A stretch of DNA of 64,000 nucleotides from Camelus dromedarius. Lineage: Eukaryota. How positions within the stretch are numbered: the first letter of the stretch is position 1; the number at the start of each line of letters is the position of its first letter. Below, one piece after another: positions 52,357 through 64,000 of the stretch. Made by a program: the position numbers and the translations under genes. The notes under the pieces are model-generated. The model did no database searches, was not told where the DNA came from, and saw only the letters and a list, made by a program, of their open reading frames with translations. The DNA is taken from NCBI RefSeq assembly GCF_036321535.1, contig NC_087436.1, positions 20,462,001 to 20,526,000 on the forward strand. Direction: 5' to 3'.

Positions 52357-52497
52357 GAGATTCATTTATTAATATATTTTGTAATTAAAAGGAGAAAATT
52401 ATTCCATCTTAAAAATAGCTACCTTTTAAAGATTCCAATTCTCTGTCTCTTGGCCATCTCTACTTTTGTCTAACCACCCTCCTTATTTATAAAAAAT

Positions 52498-52602
52498 GAA
52501 AGGAAAGAAACAGTAAAATAGAAAGGAAAGAAAGAAAGAAAAAGAAGAATGAAAGAAGAAAAGAAGAAAAAGGAAGGAAAGAAGGGAGGGGAGAAAAAGA
52601 AG
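52498..52602. repeat. GAAA/GGAA purine-rich low-complexity tract
   Basis: Read directly. Confidence 0.85.
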
Positions 52603-53477
52603 ATAACAGTGGTGTTCATTTAATTGTTTTTCTAGAGTAACTCATGGAATCCAGTTTAGATTCTTTGACACTCATTGCCCTTGGGCTGGGCTGATAGATA
52701 AACCTGTATTTTCTGTGGTGCATATCTTTCATGTGTTCAGTAATTCAGGTAATTTAAAAATCACTATTTGTTTTTTAAAAACTATTTTGTAACTTTAGGA
52801 AAAATTTTGGAAATTTAGGTTTACTTTTTTGACTTACAATTTTCCTTCCCTTGTTGAGGAAAGGTATTTGGACTCTTGGTTAAAATAAAATGAAAATTTA
52901 AAAAAAATTATGTGGCATTTTTTATTGAAAAACATTAAAAATGTAGATTGTAGGTTTAGATTGTCATTCAGACTACATAAATCACTATTTTTCAAGAAAG
53001 AAAACTGATGTTTGTGTAATGACTGATTTTCTTTTGTTAGTATTCTTACAGTTTATATAGAATGTGATTTGTTGTTATGTGAGTTTGGATATTTTAGGCA
53101 TGATCCTTGAAATAAAATATATCAGAAGTATTATATGTTCTAAGCATATAGAGTCTTTTCTTGTATCAGCATGGTCTTCCATTGGGGCTATACATTTACA
53201 CATGTGCAAATCTAAGCTTGTATGTTACATAAGTTTCTGTAAATACTAAGATTGCAAATAATTCTCTTTTTGTCTGCTAAGATGGTACATGTAAAGTGCT
53301 TATTAATAACTGTAAAAATGGACCATGGTAAAAGTGCCCAGTAACTAGTAATGTTTATTACGTTGTCATGCTCTGAGTGAGCAAAATGTTACTTATAAGC
53401 CAACTTTAGAATACATTCATTATAAGAAATTATATTCGTTGGGTGAAAACATAATCTGACTTTTCTTTTCTTGGCAG

Positions 53478-53708
53478 CAACTTGAATTGGTGGAACCAAG
53501 TGGCTGGATTCACGTTCCCTTAACCGATAATCACAAGAAGCCAACTCGCACATTCATGATACAGATTGCTGTTTTAGCCAATCACCAAAATGGAAGAGAC
53601 ACCCACATGAGACAAATTAAAATATACACACCAGTGGAAGAGAGCTCCATTGGTAAATTTCCTAGATGTACAACTATTGACTTCATGATGTATCGCTCAA
53701 TAAGGTGA
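53478..53708 (+). CDS. ANAPC10: ANAPC10 last coding exon (231 nt to stop)
   Basis: ttttcttttcttggcag| acceptor; translates QLELVEPSGWIHVPLTDNHKKPTRTFMIQIAVLANHQNGRDTHMRQIKIYTPVEESSIGKFPRCTTIDFMMYRSIR*, ending in the IR tail typical of APC10. Exon lengths sum 115+91+121+231=558 nt. Confidence 0.98.
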   Translation, partial: QLELVEPSGWIHVPLTDNHKKPTRTFMIQIAVLANHQNGRDTHMRQIKIYTPVEESSIGKFPRCTTIDFMMYRSIR

Positions 53709-53910
53709 CCTTGGAACAGAACAAAAGTCATTAAACATCTTTATCTTGTCAGTAAATATTAAATCTGATATCTTTATTGAAATAAACATCAATTATTTTG
53801 CAATTTTATATGCATTGAAAAGTGTTTTATTGTAACTTTAATAAATTCTGGGTCATACTGTCTTTATTTTCTTTAACATATAATAAAGCTCACATATTTT
53901 ATATTACTAA
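53709..53910 (+). terminator. ANAPC10: ANAPC10 3'UTR with tandem polyadenylation signals
   Basis: AATAAA at 53781-53786, 53840-53845 and 53882-53887 downstream of the stop, in U-rich context. The actual cleavage site cannot be determined. Confidence 0.7.
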
Positions 53911-55524
53911 AAATGAATTTGAGCCAATCATTAAGTTTTTTCTTATACCAAAAGAAAACCAGTTGAACTGAAAATTTTAAAGATGTACACAATTTTTTAC
54001 TAACCGGATAATTATTTCATATAGTGATCATGTATTAGAGTAATGATTTACCTCGTGTTTGAGAACAAAGCTATGTTTTATCAAGATATTATCTTTAATA
54101 GGCAAAAATTATTACCATCATTTTTTAACCAGAGGAATCTTCTTTTAATATTGGGCCTTTTGAAAAACTGTGTGAACATAAGCTTAGCATTAGGTGTCTG
54201 ATGAGAACCATTCTGATTTGGGGAATATAATTAATTGTGTCATAATTACTTTCATGAAATATTTTTAGTGCTAGGTTTGTCTTTATCCTGATACTATGTC
54301 AGAGATTGCCAATATAATCTACTGTTTATCCTAATTCTAATACTGCTTATAGAGTAGTTTCAAATTTGTGTCTGACACTGAAGCATTCCCTGAGGGATAA
54401 TGTATCTCATGAAAATTTTAAAAATATATAAAATTGTTCTTTACATATAACAATATTTTAAAGGCACTTAAACGAGTTTTCTTTCCATGGTTTAACATGA
54501 GTAGGTTTGATTCTGAATACCTCACCCCCCACCCCCTCCTGCATATCTGTACTTTTGGGGAGGATGATTATTTTAGCCACAGAACTTCCTCATACTGGCT
54601 CTTGTTTGGGAAAGATTCCTTAGAGGTTCTTGCATTACTGCGTAGACTGAAGTCTTAAATTAGCAAAGTTTAAAAAAGAATTATGTGTTTGGTTTATTCT
54701 GGCAGAGTATTAATACATGGATACTATTTTAAAAATGATTTTATTTTTCACTCAGCAGAATCTCAGCTCTTCTTTTTATGAGTTCCACAAAGAGTCTGTC
54801 ATTTTCATTTCATTGTCTTTAAAGTACGAAGCGTGGTAGGTGGCTATATGATCACCAAAACGTCTGTAACCAAAGCTCATCCGAGATCAGCAGATTACTC
54901 CTGAGTACAGATGTGGGCTGCTGGAAAGAGAAGAAGAGAGGATTGAAGGAAAACACACGGACAGGAATTAAAAGAAAAGGAGAGAACCAAGGAAGTAAGA
55001 AGAGCAATATATACTTGGCACTGTATTCGATGTTCTGTGTTAGTCTGATAAGGAAAACATCCATGTAAATAGCAGGGTCTTAGTCTAAGAGACAGAGAAA
55101 TCTAATAAAAAGTACAGGAGATTTTATTAGTAATAATGTTACTACTTGCTAACTGCTTTTTAAAAATTTGCTTACAAGAAAAAAGGAGGAGAACTAATTA
55201 TCATTTACATGATCCAGTCTGCTATTTCCTACTACTAATGGTTTGCCAAGAAACTCCTAAAATTAGGAGGGATTAAGAAGAATGTTGAGAACATCAGTAT
55301 GTTTTCTACTTCTACTCCTTTTCCCTATTTTTCATAAGCCAGCCGGCATGGGAAATTTGGTAGCTGAATTTCCCACTAAGGCATGGGAAATTTGGTACCC
55401 GAGGATTATGGGGGTGATGCTTCCCCTTATCTTAAGAATTATTTGAAGTACAGATAGACCATGTGCTACATTAGCAAAGCAGCATTATCTGAAGCAGTTT
55501 CATTTCTCTCTTTCAAAAGTGCAA

Positions 55525-56460
55525 ATTATATAGTCAATAAAGGATTTGTATCTACAATATATAAAGAACTCTTACCATTTAACTGGAAGAAGACAAACAA
55601 TCCAATTAAAGTGATCAAAAGATTTATTAAAGTCACTTCACAAGAGAAGACATATGATTGGCAAAAAAGCTTATGAAAAGATGCTTAACTTCACCGGATG
55701 TTAATGAAAGGCAAATTAAAATCACAATGAGATACCATTTCACAGCCACTAGAATGACTATGATTAAAAAGACAGTTGCAAGTGTTAGCAAAGATATGGA
55801 GGGACCGGACCTCGCCTCAAACTGCTGATGAGGATGTAATTAATGTATAACCACTTTGGAAAACAGTTTGATAATCTTAAGAAGTTAAACACACACCTAT
55901 TATGTGACCCAGCGATTCAACTTATAGGTATTTCGCCAAGAGAAAAGAAAGCATATGTCCGTACAAAGTCTTGCACGTGAATATTCATAGCAGCTTTATT
56001 TGTAGTACCTAAAAATTGGAAACAACTCAGTGTTGATCAGCAGGAGAATATACAAGCAAATTGTGGTTGATCCTAATAATAGAATACTACTCAGGAATAA
56101 AAATAAATGTATGTTTAATTAATACATGCAACACATCAATAAATTTCCAAAATAACTATGCTGTTAGAAAGTAGCCATACAGAAAAAGAGAATATAATGT
56201 ATGATTCTGTTTTTTTTTTTAATTCTAGAAAATACAAACTTATCAAGTGATAGAAAGCATATCAGTGGTTGCATAGGACAGGGAGTAGAGAGAAATGAGA
56301 AGGGGTGAATTTTGGTGGAGGTGGTGATGAGAGAAATGTTCATTATCCTGACTGTGGTACTGGTTTCACAGCTATATACGTATACCAAAATTTACCAAAT
56401 TATACATTTGAAATATGTACAGTTAATTGCATGTCAATCATACCTCAGTAAAGCTGATTT
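55525..56460 (+). mobile_element. L1MB/MC 3' fragment
   Basis: aaagaactcttac..aagacaaacaatccaattaaa..atgtcaatcatacctcagtaaagctg. Confidence 0.85.
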
Positions 56461-59400
56461 AAGAAGTAGCTTATTCTTCCTGTTTCACGTAGGAATCATC
56501 CAAAGATGCTAGATTTGATGTAGTTGTATTTCTTACTGTATAGATCTGAGAATAAAAAATTAACATTGAAAAGCCATTTTAACAGTTAAAACAGTGACAG
56601 CAAATTCACTGATTCATCAGTATATGTTTTTGAGTGCTGATCAAACTGTGCAGTTGTAAGATAGAAATTTTTAAATTTCACATGTAATTGAAGTATTAGA
56701 CACTTTGATAATCAGTTTATTACCTGAGGAAATCTTGTCACAAGAAACTCTATATAAAACTGGAAAATAAAATACAGGAGTTCTTTGAAGACTAAGAAAT
56801 ACTCAGCTCTAAAAAGACTAGTGGATATTGAATGTTGAATTAGATGTAATAAGGAAACCAAGTTAAACTGATGCAGACCTTGCTTTCCAGTTTTTATAGT
56901 CTACTAGGGGAAATCATAGATCTCTGATAACCAAATCATATATTAGAGGGGTGAGCTCTCTAAGAGGTGGATGGAAGTGCAGAGTACAGAGAGTTGACTT
57001 CCTGTTCAGGAAGTTGGAGGTGAAACTGAAGAAGATACTGTGGAGGAGGGGGAATTTTGGAAAGAAAGACTATTTGTGATATCAGCTAGTTATTCACTTT
57101 TCAGGCATATTCTTGAATTCAAACTATCATTGTTTTTCTATGAATAACAACAATTAATTTGAAACAGATGATTTGTGTGTTAGGAATCCAGTGATGTTTT
57201 GTACATTTGCCCTCATTTGAAAAGTTCCAACAATTAAAACACAGACCAATCTTGAAAACTAATTTTAAACACCATGCCTTCTGTTTTTTTAGCCATTATG
57301 ACTACGAGTTTAGTATAGATTATACACTACAGTATAAATTTTTATGAGGATAAAATTTTATGAATCAGATACAAATATGTGTTCTAGTGTCTTAGAAAAT
57401 TTTACTGCTCTAAATTCCTAACAGTGTTGGCCTGTTGTATGTCATTTTTAATTGAATTCTTGGCTATTAGCTTATTTCATCAATTACCTTTTTAAAATGA
57501 CAAAATTTGTAAAATATGTTAAAGCATTAGGGGAAGCAGTACTTTGTAGTTGTGGCTGTTTGGAGATGATTTTGCTTTGTGGCTCTTTTAAACTAAGATT
57601 CTCTTCTTTTGCCCACATTGCCCTGGCTTTCCCCCCGTCCTCTGTGACTCCCTAGGGTATGGTGTTTGGAAGTTTTTGCTGCACTAGGCTGTTTACCAGC
57701 CATCCACAAGGACGCTGTCTGTGCTTTATAACCTGCCATTTAGTTGGGCCTGCTTCTGTGCAATGGTGTCTAGAAAGCATTAGAGAGAGGAAGACGACAA
57801 AGAAAAAAAGCCTCAGGGATTAGTTTATTAATTATCCATAGTAATGATTTATTCTATTAACAAAACAGATCTTAAGGCTAATTAATTAGAACTGCGTCCA
57901 CTCTAAGAAAATATCTATAATCCATGGTAATTTTATAAAAAAAAGTTAAAGTTGTTTTTTAGTAATATAACCAGTCTGTTTTTCAGTTGTATGTGAAAGT
58001 ACCCTCCCCTTTTCCCATGGTTAATCCTACCACCCTTGTTTGTCTTCTCTTGTCCTTTCTGGTTAATAGAACCAATTTACTATTTTGCCAACATAAGCAA
58101 AATTAATTATTTTTAATTACTTACTTATACCAATTTAGAAGTAGTCTACCTGTTTATGAAATCTTCTGAGTGAATTATTATTTCAGGAAATGGTATTTTA
58201 CATCATGTATAATTGAAGCTCTAGTATTTACCATCTCAACTGTTTTAATTGCTGCATTTATGGCTGTAAGCCTTCCACTGATGCAGTTCAGTGATCACCA
58301 TAAGATGTTTTTCCACAATGCATTTGCTTTTCTGATGTTGAGAGCAAATTACAATTCTCTCCCTGTGGTCCTAGAAATACCTCCCCCAACTGTTTTTATA
58401 GACTTTATTCTGGGACTTGCTCTCCTCTTTACCCTGGCATTCATCTATAGCTGGAGATCCAGATTTTAACAGATCATTTCCTGTTTTACTACAGCAGTAT
58501 CAAAATACTGATCACTTACCAAGAAGCGAAGTATTCAGAAGACTGAAGCAGAGAGTTCAGCCAACTGTTTGTTTTTCAACTGTTAAAATTTATAAGAATC
58601 ACATGTTTAATGGATATGGAGATAAAATGAACCTAGAGGGTAGTGTAGGTAAAAGGAGGCTAACAAGCCATCCAGTGATTAAGTTATAACACACTCAGGT
58701 GTCTTCCAAAGACAAAGAAAAGTTTTACTTTTTATTTTAAAACAGTGCTTATTTTTAAAGGTAGCATTCAGTAACTAATAGGAGATTCAAGGATCCTATT
58801 CTTCAGAAGTTTTCTTTCATCTTTTCCCATCATCTGGGCTGTTTGGAACAAAGTTCATCATTTCTTTCTTGAAATTTTCAACTGCTAGACTGGTATTCGG
58901 GTGTCACTTTGACTCTTCCACTTCATCTTTCCATACTCAGTACCTCCAGCCCCACGTGAATGATCGCTTTCAGCTTCACCCCGTTCACGTCATTCTAGAC
59001 CAATTTCAGGGAGCTCCCAGCTGAACCACTGGTCTTTAGGCTGAAATAAAATGATCCAAACAGTATTCCGTGTGGCTTTCTGTAAATATTGATACTAATT
59101 CCACATTACCTGTATAAATTTACCTTTATAAATAAGTCCTCTGGCATTCCTTCAAGAGCATACATCTTCCCTACCTTTTTATAACCTTTTTTTTCGTTAT
59201 TCTCAGTCTTTTTCGCTCTAGCCAAGCAAACATGCTTGCCTGTTTTATGCACACAAGTCCCTCATTCTTATTTTCACTCTTTTGTATGTAACATCTAATG
59301 GCCTTTAATCTAGTCACTACTCTGTCAGTTGATGTCACTTTTCTGGGCAGAAGCTAGCTCAAAGTCACTCCCTTGAATGCCTTCACTTAACTGATTTTAA

Positions 59401-61109
59401 TCTGATATGTTTTTGTTCATTCTTTTATCCTAAAGCCCCTCAGTGTTTATGTAATCCACCAGTACTGTACTCACATATGAATGTGATATTGTATATGTTG
59501 TATATTGAAAACAAGGAGCCAGTCTTATTTATCTTCCATATTTGTATTATAATTCTCAGCATCTAGTAGGCATGCAGTAGATATAACACTTTGCACTGAC
59601 AAACTTCCAAACCTTATATCTTATCTTCACAAAAACTACTGTGTCAGGATTATATTTAGTTATGAGTAACACAAATACCTACCACAGTGACTTAAATAAA
59701 TCTTGAGTGTTAGCTAATTTGGGCTTTTCTAATAATGAATCCCTAAGACTCATGTCACAGATGGTTGCATTGAATGGGTCAGGAAGCTCCCTAGAAGGTA
59801 TGGAACTGAGCCATACAGTCTCAATTATTCCCATATTAACAAATCAAATGTTTACCTCCTCAGGGATGGAGTAAAGGGGTGGAGAGAGGCTCAGAGAATA
59901 GGAACTGAGTTTCCTCTTAGTTGGGACATCAGGAGTGGGGAAGAAGTCTTCCTAAATTGACACTGGTTCCAGAACAATGTGCAGATTTAAGTAGAGAGAG
60001 ATGAAATGGAAGGGCATTTTAGGCATGAAAATCTGTACAAATCTGTGGAGGAATGAGGAGGTGACATTCAGACGACAGCAAGCAGGGAATTAACGTCAGT
60101 AACATGCAACATCAGGAAGTTACAAGACAGAAGAAAGGTAGGGTGGGATGGGATGCACGTTATCTTATCCTGTTACGTGTAGGGTAACTAATTATATACC
60201 CCTACCCCTATATACTTCTTGCATTTAATGCTGTATTAAAACTTTGGAGGAAGAAAGATGCAATATGGATGGCCTAACACCCACCACCATTAGAAGCTAT
60301 GAAGACGACTGTGGAGTTAAAAACTACTTTTTGAAACTCATTTTATATAAGTCACAAACAATATTTAATTAATATTTGTTTTATATAATTAAGATTGGAC
60401 CTTGGAGAAGGCTATAGTTAGGTGGAAATCTGTGCTTTTCCACAGGACATTCCTCAGAGGACGATGCTCGTGGAATCACAGAAACGTGCTCCCAATTTGA
60501 GTTTGTTGTTCCAGGTTCCCTCCTTCCATTCCAGAGATTAAGATAACAAAGAGAATTCTTAGAAAAATCCATTTGTAAACAAGAACATCAGAAATTGTAC
60601 ACAGCTCCAAATAAGGCTCTCAAGTGGCCATTACAAAAATATTTGCATTCTTGGAATATGGCATGTTGTGTGTTTAAACAAAATCATCATTAGTAGAAAT
60701 ACAACTTGATTCCTTTGAGTCCAATTTGTGCTTATCTTACATCTAATTATTTTTGGATTCAAAATAAGAATGACTTCTTTTAGAAATGAAGAAGTCTTTG
60801 AAATGATATTAATCATACTATAATCCCTTTTAAAGATATATTAACTTAAGCATGAAATATACTAGTGATATGAAGAAAAAATATAAGTACAATTTCTTGT
60901 TTTAAAGAACAGTAACCATTTTGCATATGCTCTTTGTGTAGCTAGTGAATATAATAAGAAATATTATTTTAATAGAGTGGCGCTGTGTGTGAAAATTTCT
61001 ATTGTTCCCAAGATAAAAGGAAGTAATCAGTAGCACAGGAATTTATGAGCACCTGAATCCTATCTGTGTAATCTTTGGCTGATTTTTATCAGCCTTTTTC
61101 CTTTTTAAC

Positions 61110-64000
61110 TGTGTGTGTGTGGCATACTGTCTATACAATGAAATGCACCAAACACTAGCTCAATGAATTAGCTCAAGGTGGACACCCATGTACATTGCCA
61201 GAGATTAGGTTATCTCCTTGGAAGCCCTCTTCATGTCCTGTCTCAACCACTATTCCCTTCCTCCTCCCCAAGATTAAATCTACCTCAGGTCAAATGGCGT
61301 AGCTAAGTTTCACCTACGTTTAATGTAATATTCATTTTATACATATGTATATACAAGGGTACAATATGTTTTGTGTTGGTTTTCTTTTGTTCAGCATGAT
61401 TTTTGTGATATATATGAGTGTTACTATAGCATCTTACTGTTCATCTCTACTGCTGTATACATAGTATTCTGTTGTAAGAATAAACCAAAATTTATTTATT
61501 CATTCTACTGTTGTTGGTTATTGAAATTTTCAGTTGAAGCTATTACAAATAATACTATTATGAAATTCTGGTACCTGTCTTCTGACTCACATTGTGTGTG
61601 CATTTCCATTAGATATGTATATAGGAGCCAAATACTTCGCCCAAAGTGTGTACATATGCTCATTGCTTGTAGATAATGCCTGGTCATTTTCCAGTGTATG
61701 TACCCGTTCCCATCTCAGCAGCAGGGTTCCTGTTGCTCCAAATACTCACCAGTCTTTAGTATTGTTAGTCTTTTAAATTTTAGCCACTTGGGTAAGTGTA
61801 GTGTTATATTACTGCAGTTTTAATTTTCTGTTCCCTAATAACTAATAAGGTCAAGCCACTTTTCATATGTTTGTTATCAATTTGGATAGCCTCTTTCGTG
61901 AAGTACTCTAGTCTTTTGTTCATTTTTAAAATTTGCCTTTATTTCCCTTACTGATTTTTAAAAGAGCTTCACATATTCTGGTTATAAACGCTTTGACAGT
62001 TATAAATATTGTAACTATCTTCTGCTCTATGGTTTGCCTTTTCATTCTCTTAAAGGTGGAATCTCTTAATAAACAGAAATTCCTACTTTTAATGTAAACC
62101 AATTTATTAACCTTTTCCATGATGTTTAGTATATTTTTGTGCACGAAGAAGTAATTTCCAACCTGAGCATTGTGAAGATATTCTTTTATATTATCTTCTA
62201 AAAGCTACATTTGCTTTGTTGTACAGATTTAGATCTTCAATTCACCTTAGGTGATAGGAGCTAAATTTCAATTTTTCCTTCCTTATATGGATATACAGCT
62301 AACCCAGCACCATTCCCTGAAGATGCTCTCTCCCCACAGCTCTACAATGCCACCTTCATTTCAAATCAAGTATCCACATGTGTGTGGTGTATTTTTGAGC
62401 TCTCTGCTCTATCCAATATGTCTGTTCTTGCATCAAAACTGTACTGTCTTTATTACTATTGATTTGTAATACATTCTGATATCACGTAGATCAAGTGCTT
62501 CCAGCTTGTTCTTTCTTAACAGTGTCTCAATTGTTCTTGGCGTTTTTCATTTTTATATACATTTTATATTCAGCGTATCAGATTATGTGTGCACAAGCGT
62601 GGACACACACACAAACTGGATAGAACTTTTATTGGGATTGCTTTGAATCTATATAGATCAATTTGGTAACTGACACTTTTACAATATTATCTTCCAAGTT
62701 ACAGAAGACTCCATATATTTGAGTCTTTAATTTCTTTCAATAATGTTTTATAGTTTTCTAGGGAGACATCTTGTACATCTTTTGTAGGTTTATTGCAAGG
62801 AATTTGATAATTTTTGATGCTATTATAAATGAGACCTTAAAAAAATTTTTTTGGTAAATTGAAATAAAACTGATTTTTGTATCTTGACTTTATATCCAGC
62901 AACTTTCTAACTTACCTCTTAATTAGAATTTTCTGTAGATTCTTTTGGATTTTTTTTTGTGTTTCTAAATGATGGCCATTTTATTTCTTCTTTTCCTTTT
63001 CTTATGCCTTTTATTTATTTTCTTTCCTTATTGTACTAGCTACATCCTCCTGCAACGTATTGGATACAAGCTTGAGATGTTAGATAGAAAACATTGAGAA
63101 CAGTCATTCTTATTTTGTTTCTGATTCCAACGGGAAAGCTTTCAAGATTTCACCACTTTGTATGATGTTTGTTTGCTTAGGTTGTTTTTAAGAAACCTTC
63201 AATAAAGTTAATTCTAGACCCTTGTATTTCTACTTTACCAGAAATTTTTGTTTTTAAATCATGAATGTATGTTATGTGTATAAAATGCTTTTCTTGCACC
63301 TATTGAAATAACCATAAGATTTTTTCCCCTTTGTTTTGTAGTATGTTGAATTATGTTGGATTCTTTTTGAATGTTAAATCAACCATCTTTCCTGGAATAA
63401 ATCCAACTTCAATATGGGCATTATCCTTTTTTGTGAATCACTGGATTTGCTAAAAATTAGTTTAGGACTTTTTCATCATGAGTGAGACTGACCTGTGATA
63501 TTCCTTTTTTGTACTGTCCTTGTCATGTTTTGCTATTGGAATTATTTTGGCTTCATATAATGAATGGGAAAGCTTTTTAAAATTTTTTCTATTTTCTGGA
63601 AGAGTTTGTGTGAGATAAGAATAATTCCTTAGGTGATTTATAAAATTCACAGTGAGGATGTAATTATAGATTTGATTTCTAATTCTAAATAGATGGAGAA
63701 ATATTCAGACATTTTTACTTTCTCCTGTATAGGTTTTGGTAATTTGTGTCTTCCTGGAAGTTTATCCATTTCGTCTACATTTTCAAGTTACTTGGCATAA
63801 AGTTGTTCATATTGTCATTTTATGATCTTTATAACATCTGTGGGATCTGTAGTGTTAGATCCCTTATCATTCCTGAATTTGGTTATTTATGATGTCTCAT
63901 TTTTCCTTTTTGTCAGCCTCAGCAGAAACTTACCAATTCTATTACTTTTTCTAAGAACCAACTTTTGGTTTTGTTTAGGCTCTCTATTGCACATGTTTGT
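61110..64000 (-). mobile_element. Old L1M element (3'UTR plus ORF2 remnant) running off the window
   Basis: Antisense L1 text; remnants LSHSLYEAKIIPIAKHDKDSTKKEYHRSVSLM (RT N-terminal region) and KRMKRQTIEQKI. Confidence 0.88.

Noticed and set aside
53487..53708. Stand-alone 73-aa gene
   Set aside because: It is the last ANAPC10 exon; the track starts it at an internal TTG, whereas the real acceptor is at 53477/53478.
1..64000. CRISPR arrays, operons, prokaryotic defence systems, NUMTs, rRNA or snRNA genes
   Set aside because: The sequence is mammalian intronic/intergenic DNA; I saw no regularly spaced repeat-spacer array and no recognisable mitochondrial or structural RNA sequence.

Overview
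Eukaryotic (mammalian) genomic DNA, AT-rich and CpG-poor, probably from a camelid (it carries a tRNA-Ala-derived Vic-1-type SINE). The window holds the complete coding region of ANAPC10 (APC10/DOC1, anaphase-promoting complex subunit 10) on the + strand in four coding exons: 369-483, 5608-5698, 12865-12985 and 53478-53708. Spliced, they give 558 nt, i.e. 185 aa plus stop, with GT-AG introns in correct phase, followed by a short 3'UTR with three AATAAA signals. The promoter and non-coding first exon lie upstream of the window. The first intron in the window is almost entirely an antisense, decayed class I endogenous retrovirus (LTR, tRNA-Ile PBS, gag, in-frame UGA, pro, RT, RNase H; no integrase, env or 3' LTR seen). 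The rest is intronic and intergenic DNA with layered L1, L2, MIR, MaLR/ERVL LTR and hAT relics and microsatellites. Almost all ORFs in the supplied track are spurious or repeat-derived. I found no convincing new biological system. The most noteworthy items are the ERV architecture, a poly-A-tailed mRNA 3'-end retrocopy nested in an L1, two hAT elements stacked at one target site, a CTCF-like site, and several palindromic or duplicated motifs. Repeat family names are from recall, not from a search, and most repeat boundaries are approximate.
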